64,000 nt of DNA from positions 21,312 through 85,311 of the forward strand of contig DATBPS010000147.1 in NCBI GenBank assembly GCA_036561225.1, given 5' to 3'. Shown in pieces: positions 18,951 through 28,595 of the stretch. The position numbers and the translations under genes are program-made. Numbering within the stretch: position 1 is the stretch's first letter; each line of letters opens with the position of its first letter. The stretch is from Terriglobales bacterium (GTDB taxonomy: Bacteria; Acidobacteriota; Terriglobia; Terriglobales; SCQP01). The notes under the pieces were generated by a model that worked only from the letters and a program-made list of their open reading frames with translations, searched no databases and had not been told where the DNA came from.

Positions 18951-21596
18951 TCAAGCCTGCCGATCGGCGGCCAGCAATTTCTCCAGGGCGGCGGGGACCT
19001 GGGCCAGGATGGCGTCGAGGCGCTCGGGGGGGACGCCGCCGGCTTCGGCGAGCTCGGGACGGCCGCCCCCTTTCACGCCCTCCAGTCCGCGCAGGATGCT
19101 GCCCGCCGGCAGCCGCTTGGCCAGATCGGCGGAGACGGTGAGGATCAGGGTGACTTTGCCCTCGGTTTCGCCGCCCAGGGCGACCACACCGCTGCCCAGC
19201 TTGTGGCGCAGCTCATCGGCCAGGGAACGCATCTGCGAGCGATCGAGGCCGTCCACGCGGGTGGTCTGGACTTTAACGCCGGCGACCTCGCGGATCTCCT
19301 GGCTGCCGCCGGTCTGCGACTGGGCCGCCTTCATGCGCAGGCGCTGGTTTTCCTTTTGTGCCTGGCGTAGCTGCTCCAGGGCGCGTTCGGCGGCGGCGGC
19401 GAGGTCGGGCTCCTGGACATGCAGCAGCTCGCTGAGGCGGCGCAGACGCTCGCTGCCCTGCTGCACCAGCTCGTAGGCGCCCATGCCGGTGACCGCCTCG
19501 ATGCGGCGGACCCCGGCGGCGACGCTGGTCTCGTAGACGATCTTGAACAGGCCGATGTCGCCGGTGCGGCGGACGTGGGTGCCGCCGCAAAGCTCCTGGC
19601 TGAAGCCGGGGACGCTCACCACGCGGACGTCCTGTTGGTACTTCTCGCCGAACAGGGCCATGGCGCCGGTCGCGAGGGCTTTCTCCAGTGGCATGACCTC
19701 GGTGTTGACGGGGGCATTGCCGAGGATTTCGGTGTTGACCAGGCGCTCGATCTCCTCCAACTGGTCGGCACTGAGCGGGGCATAGTGGCTGAAGTCGAAG
19801 CGCAGGCGGGCGGGCTCGACCACCGATCCCGCCTGCTTGACGTGGGTGCCGAGGACCTGGCGCAGGGCGGCGTGGAGCAGGTGGGTGGCGGTGTGGTTGC
19901 GGCGGGTGGCGTCGCGGCGCTCGACATCCACGGTAACCTCGACCTGCTCGCCCACCTGTAAAGGCCGGCGGGCGCGGATGCGGTGCAGGCTGAGGCCGCC
20001 GACCGGGGCCACAGTGTCGAGCACCTCGGCGGCCACTCCGGCAGAGGTGGTCCAGAGGCCGCGGTCGCCGATCTGGCCGCCGCTGGCGGCATAGAAGGGA
20101 GTGTGGTCCAGCACGGCGTCAAGTTCCTCGCCCGGGGCGGCACTGTCCACCCGCTGGCCGGAGCGGAGGAGGGCGCGGATGGTGCTGTCGGGCGAGGTTG
20201 TGGCTTCGTATCCGTCGAAGCGGGTGCGGCCGGCGGCGACCAGTTCCTGATACAGTCCGCCGGCGCTGGTCTGCTCGCCGCCCTTCCAACTGCGGCGGGC
20301 GCGCTGACGCTGCTCCTCCATCTCCGCTTCGTAGCCGGGGAGGTCGAGGGTGAAATTGCGCTCCTTGGCGATCTCCTGCAGGACGTCCAGCGGCAGACCG
20401 AAGGTGTCGTAGAGGCGGAAGATGTCCTTGCCGGGAAGCACGGTCAGCTTCGGGTCGAGCGTGCGCTCCAGCTCCTTGAGGGCGAGAGCGAGGGTGTGGG
20501 AGAAGCGGTCTTCCTCGGCGTGGATCACCGCGGCGACGCGGGCGCGGCTCTCTTCCAGTTCGGGGTAGGCCGGCGCCATGACCTCGGCCACGGTTCCCGC
20601 CAGTTCATGCAGGAAGGCGGTTTCGATGCCCAGCAGCTTGCCGTGGCGGAGGGCGCGGCGGGTGATCTTGCGCAGCACGTAGCCTCGGCCTTCGTTGGCG
20701 GGCATGACGCCGTCATGCACCAGAAAGGTGGCGGCGCGGGCGTGATCGGCGAGGATGCGCAGGGAAATATCGGAGCGGGGCGCGGCGCCGTACGTCACGC
20801 CGGCGCGGCGGCCGGCGGCGGCGATCAACGGCTGAAAGAGGTCGGTGTCGTAGTTGCTGAGCTTGCCCTGGAGAACCGCGGCCAGGCGTTCCAGGCCGGC
20901 GCCGGTGTCAATCGATGGGCGGGGCAGCGGGTTGAGCTTCCCCGCCGCGTCGCGCTCGAACTGCATGAAGACCAGGTTCCAGATCTCAACGTAGCGGCCG
21001 CATTCGCAAGGGAAGCGGCAGTCGGTGTGGCCGGATTCGCTCGCCGCCGCGCCCTGATCGTAGTGCAGTTCGGAGCAGGGGCCGCAGGGACCGGTGTCGC
21101 CCATGGCCCAGAAATTTTCGGCGGCGCCGAGGCGGAAGACGCGATCCGCCGGCAGGCCAATGGCGTTCCGCCAGATGCCCTCGGCCTGGTCATCGTCCTC
21201 ATAAACGGTGGCGTAGAGTTTGTCGGCGGGGATCGAGAATCCTTCCGAGCCGGTGAGCAGTTCCCAGGCGTAGGCGATGGCCTTGTCTTTGAAGTAGTCG
21301 CCGAAGCTGAAGTTGCCCAGCATCTCGAAGAAGGTGTGATGGCGGGCGGTGAAGCCGACGTTTTCGAGGTCGTTGTGCTTGCCGCCGGCGCGGACGCACT
21401 TCTGGACCGTGGTGGCGCGCACATAGTCGCGCTTCTCCAGCCCCAGAAAGACATCCTTGAACTGGTTCATGCCGGCATTGGTGAACAGCAGCGTGGGGTC
21501 GCCCTGGGGGACCAGGGGCGAGGAAGCCACGATGCGGTGGCCACGCGCCTCGAAGAAGGCGAGAAAGCGGCGGCGGATTTCGGTGCCGGTCATCAT
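18951..21596 (-). CDS. alaS: alanine--tRNA ligase
   Basis: Full-length (881 aa) AlaRS similarity: class II catalytic core, editing-domain HTATHLLH/CGGTH motifs and a C-terminal DHHA1-like region. Confidence 0.95.
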   Translation of the reverse strand: MMTGTEIRRRFLAFFEARGHRIVASSPLVPQGDPTLLFTNAGMNQFKDVFLGLEKRDYVRATTVQKCVRAGGKHNDLENVGFTARHHTFFEMLGNFSFGDYFKDKAIAYAWELLTGSEGFSIPADKLYATVYEDDDQAEGIWRNAIGLPADRVFRLGAAENFWAMGDTGPCGPCSELHYDQGAAASESGHTDCRFPCECGRYVEIWNLVFMQFERDAAGKLNPLPRPSIDTGAGLERLAAVLQGKLSNYDTDLFQPLIAAAGRRAGVTYGAAPRSDISLRILADHARAATFLVHDGVMPANEGRGYVLRKITRRALRHGKLLGIETAFLHELAGTVAEVMAPAYPELEESRARVAAVIHAEEDRFSHTLALALKELERTLDPKLTVLPGKDIFRLYDTFGLPLDVLQEIAKERNFTLDLPGYEAEMEEQRQRARRSWKGGEQTSAGGLYQELVAAGRTRFDGYEATTSPDSTIRALLRSGQRVDSAAPGEELDAVLDHTPFYAASGGQIGDRGLWTTSAGVAAEVLDTVAPVGGLSLHRIRARRPLQVGEQVEVTVDVERRDATRRNHTATHLLHAALRQVLGTHVKQAGSVVEPARLRFDFSHYAPLSADQLEEIERLVNTEILGNAPVNTEVMPLEKALATGAMALFGEKYQQDVRVVSVPGFSQELCGGTHVRRTGDIGLFKIVYETSVAAGVRRIEAVTGMGAYELVQQGSERLRRLSELLHVQEPDLAAAAERALEQLRQAQKENQRLRMKAAQSQTGGSQEIREVAGVKVQTTRVDGLDRSQMRSLADELRHKLGSGVVALGGETEGKVTLILTVSADLAKRLPAGSILRGLEGVKGGGRPELAEAGGVPPERLDAILAQVPAALEKLLAADRQA

Positions 21597-21615
21597 TCTG
21601 ATTAGTCTAAAGCAA

Positions 21616-21645
21616 GGGGTCAGGGGTTAGGGATCAGGGGCTAGG
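21616..21645 (+). repeat. G-tract heptamer repeat GGGGTCA GGGGTTA GGGATCA GGGGCTA GG (G-quadruplex-type motif)
   Basis: Read directly. Four G3-4 tracts are separated by 3-4 nt, lying 20-49 nt upstream of the alaS start on the opposite strand. The alaS sense strand is therefore C-rich here. Confidence 0.6.
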
Positions 21646-21653
21646 AACGCAAA

Positions 21654-21680
21654 GGCCCGCCCGGAGGAGCCGGGCGGGCC
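21654..21680 (-). terminator. GC hairpin downstream of the BNR protein gene (GGCCCGCCCGG-aggag-CCGGGCGGGCC)
   Basis: Perfect 11-bp stem with a 5-nt loop, 20 nt after the stop of the 1063-aa gene on the minus strand. Confidence 0.5.
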
Positions 21681-21700
21681 TGAGAGTGAGCTGCCGCAGT

Positions 21701-24700
21701 TTACCTGGCGCTGCCGGAGGCGGCGGCGACGGGCTTCAGGTTGTGCTGCTGCAGCAGGGCGTTGAAGGAAGCCACGTCCTTGGACTGCAGTTGGCGCCAC
21801 GCGTCCAACTGGGTTTGCAGTTGGGCGGTGAGGTCGTTGTAGACATCCACCACGTGCGGCGGCGGAGCGCAGGTGCACTCCTCGACGCGGCCGGCCAGAG
21901 CGGCCAGCTTGTTGTCAATCATGATGGGGTAGTTGAGCGGATCCTCGCCGCTCTTGTTGTTGAGGTTGGAGATCTTGTAGATCACCTCGTGCAGCTTCTG
22001 GTCGAGGCTGGAGCCGGCGCTGGAGACCTCGGCCGGACCCGACTTGCCCACCTCGGCGATCTGCTTCTGCAGCGAGAGCATGTCGCGCACCGCTCCCCAG
22101 GCCTCGGTGAGGTGCTGGTTGATCTTGACGGCCAGGTTGAACTGGGCCTCAAGATCGGCCTGGCTGGCGTGCAGCCGGGGATCGAGGGTGACGGTGAGCG
22201 GGGTGGTGTAAGACTGGCCGTTGGCGGTCAGCTTGACGGTGTAGACGCCGGTGGGCGCAATGGGTGAGACGCCGCCGCGCGCGCCCCAGAGCGCTTCGCC
22301 CTTGATGGCCTCGGGCGGGGTGAGCGACTCGAGGTTCCAGACGAAGCGGTTGAAGCCCTGCTTGTCGGGCACGGTGACGCCGCCGCCGAAGCCGCCGCGT
22401 CCGCGACCGCCACGACCGCCGGCTTCCGCCCGCGGCTTGGGGTTGTTGGCGCTGGAGAAGTGCTTCATCACTTCGCCCTGGGCGTTGGTGATGTCAATCG
22501 TCACCGGGCCGGTGGGGGCGGAGGCGAGGTAGTAGTCAATCACGGCCGGACCGGGAGGGTTCTGGCCGAAGTTGCCGCCGCGGCCGCCAAAGCCGAAGAA
22601 GCCGCCGCCGCCCTCGGTGCGCATGGCGGGCGCGGGCTTGAACAGAGTGGCGGGAGCGCTCTCGACCGACGGGCTCCACTGGCGCAGCGGGGTGATGTCG
22701 TCCAGGCTCCAGAAGGCGCGGCCGTGGGTGGCGAGCACCAGGTCGTTGCCGTGGACTTCGAGGTCACGCACGGAGACGTGGGGCAGGTTGAGTTGCAGCG
22801 GCTGCCACTGGTCGCCGTTGTTGAAGCTGACGAAGACGCCGCGCTCGGTGCCGGCGAAGAGCAGGCCCGGGCGGACGGTGTCGGGCGTCACCGACTGCAC
22901 GTAGTAGCCCTGGGGGATGCCGGCGACGATCTTCGTCCACGACTGGCCGCAGTCGGAGGTGCGGTAGGCGTAGGGGGTGAAGTCATCGAGCTTGTTGCGG
23001 CGCGCGGCCACATAGGCGGTGCAGGCCTCGAAGGGCGAAACATTGATGTTGCCGATCTTGGCCCACTGCTTGTCGTTCTTGAGCTCGGGCGGGGTGACGT
23101 CGGTCCAGTGGGCGCCATCGTCCTTGGTGATGTGCACCAGGCCGTCGTCGCTGCCCGCCCAGATCAGGCCTTGCTGTTTGGGGGATTCGACCACCGAGAA
23201 GATGACGTCGTAGTACTCGGCGCTGGTGTTGTCCTGGGTGATGGGGCCGCCGGAGGACTGCTGCTTGCTCTTGTCGTTGCGGGTGAGGTCGGGGCTGATG
23301 ATGGTCCAGTGATCGCCCATGTCGGTGCTCTTGAAGAGCACATTGCCGCCGTAGTAGACGGTGTTGTCGTCATAGGGTGAGGTGGCGATGGGCGCCGACC
23401 ACTGGAAGCGGTACTTCATGTCCACGTCGCCGTGGCCCATCGGGTTGTCGGGATAGGGTCCGATGGGAGTGGAGAAGCCGGTCTTGACGTCGTAGCGGCT
23501 CATGTCGCCGTCGTAGGACTCGCCGTAAACGATGTTGGAGTCGTGCGGCTTGGGCATCATCCAACCGCTCTCACCGCCGGCGGCGCTGTACTGATCGTTG
23601 GGGGTGATAACGCCGTGGTTGGTGCGGGTGGGGATGACGACCGAGCCGGCATCCTGTTTTTCGCCGTAGACGTGATAGTTGACGTCGTCGTCGGTGGCGA
23701 TCGAGTAGAACTGGCCGGTGGGCTGGTTGAGGTTGGTGGACCAGGTCTTGCCGTTGTCGAGCGAGATGAACGCGCCCTCGTCGGAGCTGGTCATCAGATG
23801 GGTGGGGTTCTGGGGATCAATCCACAGGCCGTGGCTGTCGCCGCCGTGGATGGCGTCGAACTTTTTGCCGCCATCGGTGGAACGGAACAGGCCGGTGTTT
23901 TCCACGTAGACGGTGTCCACGCTCTTGGGATCAGCGAAGATGTGGGAGAAGTACCAGGCGCGCTGGCGGTATTCGTCGTCGCTGTTGACCAGCTTCCAAC
24001 TGCCGCCGGCGTTGTCGGAGACGTAGATGCCGCCGTCCTTGGCCTCGATCAGGGCGTAGACACGCGAGCTGTTGGCGCCGACCGCGACGCCGATCTTGCC
24101 CCACACGCCGGTGGGCAGGCCGTTGCCGGTCAACTGCGTCCAGGTCGAGCCGCCATCGGTGGACTTGTAGAGGCCGCTGCCCGGGCCGCCGCTGTCGGAG
24201 CGCCAGGGGAGACGGATGAACTGGTAGAGGCCGGCGTAAAGAGTTTGGGTGTTGTTGGGGTCGAAGGCGACGTCCACGCCGCCGGTCTTGTCATCCTTGT
24301 AAAGGACCTTCTGCCAAGTCTTGCCGCCGTCGGTGGTGCGGAAGATGCCGCGCTCGGCGTTGGGGCCGGAGGCGTGGCCCATGGCGGCGACGAAGACGCG
24401 GTTGGGATCCTTGGGGTCCACCAGCACGCGCGAGATGTGCTGGCTGTCTTCCAGGCCGATGTGCTGCCAGGTCTTGCCGGCATCGGTGGACTTGTACATG
24501 CCGTTGCCGTAGCTGATGTCGTTGCGCAGGCAGCCTTCGCCGGTGCCGACATAGATGACGTTGGGGTCGGAGGGGGCAACCTCGATGGCGCCGATGGACT
24601 GGATGTCCTGGCCGTCAAACAGCGGACGCCAGCTCTCACCCGCGTCGGTGGTCTTCCAGACGCCGCCATCCACGGATCCGAAGTAGAAATCTTTGGCGTC

Positions 24701-24892
24701 GCCGGGAATGCCGCTGACGGCGAGCACACGGGCGCCGTTGAAGGGGCCAATGAGGCGGTAGTGAAGGTTGGCGAGCGCCTGCTGGACGCCGCCCGACTGG
24801 GCGCTCACGGCGCGTGTCGAAATCGTCAACCAGCCTGCGGAGAGGGCCACGGCAGAACCAGCGACCAAGCCCAAGAGCAATTTTCGCGTCAT
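21701..24892 (-). CDS. large secreted Asp-box (BNR) repeat / sortilin-Vps10-like beta-propeller protein
   Basis: Signal peptide MTRKLLLGLVAGSAVALSAG. There are at least 10 S/T-x-D-x-G-x-x-W Asp-boxes (TTDAGESW, STDAGKTW, TTDGGKTW, STDGGSTW, SLDNGKTW, TKDDGAHW, TSDCGQSW...). Confidence 0.8.
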   Translation of the reverse strand: MTRKLLLGLVAGSAVALSAGWLTISTRAVSAQSGGVQQALANLHYRLIGPFNGARVLAVSGIPGDAKDFYFGSVDGGVWKTTDAGESWRPLFDGQDIQSIGAIEVAPSDPNVIYVGTGEGCLRNDISYGNGMYKSTDAGKTWQHIGLEDSQHISRVLVDPKDPNRVFVAAMGHASGPNAERGIFRTTDGGKTWQKVLYKDDKTGGVDVAFDPNNTQTLYAGLYQFIRLPWRSDSGGPGSGLYKSTDGGSTWTQLTGNGLPTGVWGKIGVAVGANSSRVYALIEAKDGGIYVSDNAGGSWKLVNSDDEYRQRAWYFSHIFADPKSVDTVYVENTGLFRSTDGGKKFDAIHGGDSHGLWIDPQNPTHLMTSSDEGAFISLDNGKTWSTNLNQPTGQFYSIATDDDVNYHVYGEKQDAGSVVIPTRTNHGVITPNDQYSAAGGESGWMMPKPHDSNIVYGESYDGDMSRYDVKTGFSTPIGPYPDNPMGHGDVDMKYRFQWSAPIATSPYDDNTVYYGGNVLFKSTDMGDHWTIISPDLTRNDKSKQQSSGGPITQDNTSAEYYDVIFSVVESPKQQGLIWAGSDDGLVHITKDDGAHWTDVTPPELKNDKQWAKIGNINVSPFEACTAYVAARRNKLDDFTPYAYRTSDCGQSWTKIVAGIPQGYYVQSVTPDTVRPGLLFAGTERGVFVSFNNGDQWQPLQLNLPHVSVRDLEVHGNDLVLATHGRAFWSLDDITPLRQWSPSVESAPATLFKPAPAMRTEGGGGFFGFGGRGGNFGQNPPGPAVIDYYLASAPTGPVTIDITNAQGEVMKHFSSANNPKPRAEAGGRGGRGRGGFGGGVTVPDKQGFNRFVWNLESLTPPEAIKGEALWGARGGVSPIAPTGVYTVKLTANGQSYTTPLTVTLDPRLHASQADLEAQFNLAVKINQHLTEAWGAVRDMLSLQKQIAEVGKSGPAEVSSAGSSLDQKLHEVIYKISNLNNKSGEDPLNYPIMIDNKLAALAGRVEECTCAPPPHVVDVYNDLTAQLQTQLDAWRQLQSKDVASFNALLQQHNLKPVAAASGSAR

Positions 24893-24979
24893 TTGGAAAT
24901 CCCCCTAAAGACGTTTATCCACCCAGCCAACCATCGTATGCCAAGCAGGGCAGAGAAGGAAGTGGCAATATGCTTGATC

Positions 24980-25660
24980 ATGACGAGCACATGGCGTGAG
25001 TTGGCGGTAGCTGACGGAACCAGCATGGCGGCCTACACAGTGCAGCCGGAGAAGGCGGGCGGACGCGGGGTGCTGGTGCTGCAGGAAGCCTTCGGCGTCA
25101 ATGCGCACATTCGAGATGTGGCGGAGCGGTTCGCGGGGCTGGGGTACACGGCCATAGCCCCCGACCTGTTCCATCGCACGGCTCCCCGGTTCGAGGGTGA
25201 TTACAGCGACTTTCGTAAATCGCTGCCGCATACGAACGCGGTGAAGCTGGAGGGCCTGGTGGCGGACCTCCATGCCGCGCATGATTGGCTAACCGGTCAC
25301 GGCATCACGGAAACGGTGGCGGCGGGATTCTGCATGGGCGGACGGGTCGCGGTGCGGGCGGCCCAAGTGCTTCCGCTGCGCGCCGCCGCGTCCTTTTATG
25401 GCGGCAATCTGACCAGTCTGGGCGACACGGTGGCCGAAATTGGTGCGCCCTTGCTGCTGGTATGGGGAGATCGCGACACGCACATTCCGCCCCAGCAGCG
25501 GGCGGAGTTCGTGGGGAAGCTCAGGGAAAACGGCAAGGCTTTTGTCGAGTGCACGTTTTCCCAGGCCGGCCACGGATTTTTCTGCGATCAGCGGGAGAGC
25601 TACGAGCCGGAGTCGGCGCGCCAGGCGTGGGCGCTGTTGACGGCGTTTTTAGAACGCTAG
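24980..25660 (+). CDS. dienelactone hydrolase family protein
   Basis: DLH-like sequence with the nucleophile motif AAGFCMGG and C-terminal HGF. ATG 24980 was chosen because the track ORF (from 23432) is upstream read-through antisense to the BNR gene. Confidence 0.8.
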   Translation: MTSTWRELAVADGTSMAAYTVQPEKAGGRGVLVLQEAFGVNAHIRDVAERFAGLGYTAIAPDLFHRTAPRFEGDYSDFRKSLPHTNAVKLEGLVADLHAAHDWLTGHGITETVAAGFCMGGRVAVRAAQVLPLRAAASFYGGNLTSLGDTVAEIGAPLLLVWGDRDTHIPPQQRAEFVGKLRENGKAFVECTFSQAGHGFFCDQRESYEPESARQAWALLTAFLER

Positions 25661-25692
25661 TCTGGAACTTGGCCGGCGGCATCCCAACCGGG

Positions 25693-26760
25693 ATGGCGAA
25701 GCGAACCGTAGTGGTGTTGACGGGTGCGACGGCGGGGGTGGGGCGCGCCACCGCGCGGCGGCTGGCGAAGCCCGGAGTCTGCCTGGGGTTGCTGGCGCGC
25801 GGAGCGGCGGGACTGGAGGCGACGCGGGCCGAAGTCGAGGCCAAAGGCGGAGAGGCCCTGGCGCTGGCCACCGATGTGGCGGATGCGGCGCAGGTGGAGG
25901 CGGCGGCGCAGGCGGTGGAGGAGCGGTTTGGTCCGCCGGATGTGTGGATCAACAACGCCATGACCTCGGTGTTTTCGCCGGTGCGGGAGCTGCAGCCGGA
26001 AGAAGTGCGCCGGGTGACGGAGGTGACCTACCTGGGGCAGGTATACGGGACGATGGCGGCGCTGCGGCGCATGCTGCCGCGCGATGCCGGCGTGATTGTG
26101 CAGGTGGGATCGGCGCTGGCCTATCGCGGCATTCCGCTACAGGCCGCCTACTGCGGCGCCAAGCACGCCATCCAGGGGTTTACCGAATCGCTGCGCTGTG
26201 AGCTGATCCACGACCGCAGCCGGGTGCGCATCACCATGGTGCAGATGCCGGGCATGAACACGCCCCAGTTCGGGTGGGTGAAGAGCCGGCTGCCGCACCG
26301 GGCGCAGCCGGTGCCGCCGATCTATCAGCCGGAGGTGGCGGCGGAGGCGATTGCCTTTGCCATCCGCCATCCGCGGCGGCAGATGCTGGTGGGCGGCTCG
26401 ACCGTGAAGGCGGTGGAGGGGGACAAGCTGGCGGCGTTCTGGCTGGACTATTACCTGGGGCGGACCGGCTTCAAGGCGCAGCAGACCGCGGAGGCGGAGG
26501 ACCCGCAGCGGGCGGACAATCTGTGGCGGCCGGTCGATGAAGACCGCGGCGCGCACGGATCGTTTGACGAGCGGGCGCGGGGGACGAGCCGCGAGCTGTG
26601 GCTGGCCATGCACCGTCCGGCGGGATGGGGATGGGCGGTGGTGGCGGGAAGCCTGGCGGCGGGGGGAGCGGCGGCGTGGAAAATGCGCACGCGAGTCGGG
26701 GGAGAGCCGCGGCGCTGGCGGGCTAACGACGAACCCAGGATGCACCAGCGTCGTGCGTAA
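25693..26760 (+). CDS. SDR family oxidoreductase with C-terminal hydrophobic extension
   Basis: TGATAGVGRA cofactor motif, NNAM and the YCGAKHA catalytic motif are present. ATG 25693 was chosen and the upstream part of the track ORF rejected. The 3' end overlaps the convergent anti-sigma gene by 38 nt. Confidence 0.8.
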   Translation: MAKRTVVVLTGATAGVGRATARRLAKPGVCLGLLARGAAGLEATRAEVEAKGGEALALATDVADAAQVEAAAQAVEERFGPPDVWINNAMTSVFSPVRELQPEEVRRVTEVTYLGQVYGTMAALRRMLPRDAGVIVQVGSALAYRGIPLQAAYCGAKHAIQGFTESLRCELIHDRSRVRITMVQMPGMNTPQFGWVKSRLPHRAQPVPPIYQPEVAAEAIAFAIRHPRRQMLVGGSTVKAVEGDKLAAFWLDYYLGRTGFKAQQTAEAEDPQRADNLWRPVDEDRGAHGSFDERARGTSRELWLAMHRPAGWGWAVVAGSLAAGGAAAWKMRTRVGGEPRRWRANDEPRMHQRRA

Positions 26761-27676
26761 GCCAGGTCGCGCCGGCGCGGTCGCGGATAACGCCCTCACG
26801 CTGGTTCTGGAAGCTGATGCTGGCCACCGCGGCGGGAGACTGGCTCGCGCCCGGCAGCACCACCGGGCGCCAGTGCACGCCATGATCGTTCGACGTGTAC
26901 ACCTGGTCGGTGCGGGAGGCCGCCCACAGGGAGCCGGCATCGGCGGCTTGGACGTGCATGGCGATGCCGGCGATGCGCAAGGGAGCGGCGTTGGCGGTGG
27001 AAGCACCGGCCCAGCCCAGGCCCCAGGGGTTCAAACCGGTATCCACCGTGGCTTGGCTGAAGTCCAGGGGCTCATCCCCGGCGTAGCTGAGGCGCGCGGC
27101 GAGCGCCGGTTGCGGCGCCACCGGCAAGCTTTGCGTTGCCCCGCCCCAGGCCGCCAGCGCCTGTTGAGCGCCGAACTGCGCCGGCTGGTCGGAGAAACCG
27201 GCGTTGGCGGGAGTGAAGTGGATGGCCGCCACCGCGTCGAGCGTCGGGAGAAGATCGGGCGGCGGCGGCAGAGCAATAACCCTAACCGGTTTTGCTGGCC
27301 GGGAAACCAGGGCGGTGCGGTGGACGAGCGGCCGGGGCCGGGGAGTAGCCACGCGGACGGGTGCGGGGGTGAGGATGGGCCGGGAGGTGGCCACCGGGGC
27401 GTACACCGGGACGGTGGGACGGCGGCCCAGCGACCAAGCTGCACCCGCCACCAGCACCGTGGCGGCGGCCAAGGCGAAGCGCGGGCGCCAGGCGCCGAAG
27501 GCGCGTCGCGATGGGACCATATTTTCCCGGACCAGCATGCCGGCACAAGCGGCGAGACGACGGCACTCGCCACAGGCACCGAGATGCGCGGTGACGCGGG
27601 CGGCGGAGCGGCGGCTCAGGTTGCCCTCCAGCCAGGCACTCAGCAGGTTGGCCTCGGGATGAAGTTCAGGCGCCAT
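26723..27676 (-). CDS. anti-sigma factor (zf-HC2) with extracytoplasmic Asp-box domain
   Basis: N-terminal HLGACGECRRLAAC zinc-finger, one TM helix (FALAAATVLVAGAAW), and C-terminal Asp-boxes TSNDHGVHW and THDAGASW. The start overlaps the sigma gene stop by 11 nt. Confidence 0.7.
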   Translation of the reverse strand: MAPELHPEANLLSAWLEGNLSRRSAARVTAHLGACGECRRLAACAGMLVRENMVPSRRAFGAWRPRFALAAATVLVAGAAWSLGRRPTVPVYAPVATSRPILTPAPVRVATPRPRPLVHRTALVSRPAKPVRVIALPPPPDLLPTLDAVAAIHFTPANAGFSDQPAQFGAQQALAAWGGATQSLPVAPQPALAARLSYAGDEPLDFSQATVDTGLNPWGLGWAGASTANAAPLRIAGIAMHVQAADAGSLWAASRTDQVYTSNDHGVHWRPVVLPGASQSPAAVASISFQNQREGVIRDRAGATWLTHDAGASWVRR

Positions 27677-28544
27677 GAGCGTTGCGGGGTGCGGCGGAGG
27701 GGCGCAAGGCGGAGCTTACGTCCACATGGAGCCAGCCGGGTTCGAGGCTGGCGGCATTACGCAGGACGGCGTCGCGGACGGCCGGACGCAGGCCCTGATG
27801 TTCGAGTTGGCGGCGAACTTCGCGGCGCAGGCGCTGCAGTTGCCGCGTCAGGCGTCGGCTGATGGTGGACTCATGCACGCGCAGCAGACCGGCGATCTGG
27901 TTGAGGGTATGGCCATCGACAAAGTAGAGGCTCAGCAGCAGGCGCACATCGGGGGCGAGAGCCACCAGGGCGGCGGCGACGGCGGCGGCGAGGGGACGAA
28001 ATTCAGCGGCGGCGGCGGCCGCCTCCTGATTGGGCGGGACCAGCAGGGCGCACAGGCTGCCGGAGTCCTCCAGGCCGGCGTCGAGTGAAACCTGGCGCCG
28101 GTGACGGCGCCACTGGTTGATGTGCGACTGCGCCAGCAGGGTGCACAGCCAGGCATCGAGACTGCCCAGGCCGTGATAGGACCAAAGCTTCGATTGTTCG
28201 GCCGAACCGCCGCGCAAGCCAAAAAGATCGCCGAGCAGGTTGTCGGCCAGCTCGCGGGCGCTCTCGCTATCGCGGGTGAGGCGCAGGGCGGCGGCGCGCA
28301 GCCGGGGCTGGTAGGTGGTCCACAGGGTTTCCCAGGCGGCGTCCCGTCCCAATGCGCAGGCCCGGGCCAGCATGAGATCGTTCAGGTGCAGTTGGCTGCG
28401 GAAGCGGCGGCGGTCGCGGGCACTGGTAGAGGGCGGGAGATGGCGGGCGTCGATGGCCTGCAGCCATTGTTCGGCCTGGAGCGCAGGGATGCCGAAATCC
28501 GCCGCCGGGCGGCTCTCGGTCGAAGCTGGCTGGGGGCGGGCCAT
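27666..28544 (-). CDS. sigma-70 family (ECF-type) RNA polymerase sigma factor with N-terminal extension
   Basis: Region 2-like segment (LWTTYQPRLRAAALRLTRDSESARELADNLLGDLF) and region 4 HTH (LYFVDGHTLNQIAGLLRVHESTISRRLTR). It is translationally coupled to the downstream anti-sigma gene. Confidence 0.75.
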   Translation of the reverse strand: MARPQPASTESRPAADFGIPALQAEQWLQAIDARHLPPSTSARDRRRFRSQLHLNDLMLARACALGRDAAWETLWTTYQPRLRAAALRLTRDSESARELADNLLGDLFGLRGGSAEQSKLWSYHGLGSLDAWLCTLLAQSHINQWRRHRRQVSLDAGLEDSGSLCALLVPPNQEAAAAAAEFRPLAAAVAAALVALAPDVRLLLSLYFVDGHTLNQIAGLLRVHESTISRRLTRQLQRLRREVRRQLEHQGLRPAVRDAVLRNAASLEPGWLHVDVSSALRPSAAPRNAHGA

Positions 28545-28595
28545 GGGGAGAAATTACCGCTTTCCAACTATTAGAGCGCCGAAGGTCGCCAAAAC

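Noticed and set aside
23432-24979. Upstream extensions of track ORFs: 23432-25660 (DLH), 25285-26760 (SDR), 51139-53946 (glnE), 53022-55406 (icd), 8476-10755 (S9), 42034-44535 (ADOP) and 37853-38701 (TlpA-like).
   Set aside because: The extra N-terminal parts overlap other genes or the tRNA, are low-complexity, and precede obvious native N-termini (signal peptides, RBS-linked ATGs, onset of homology). The starts were moved downstream.
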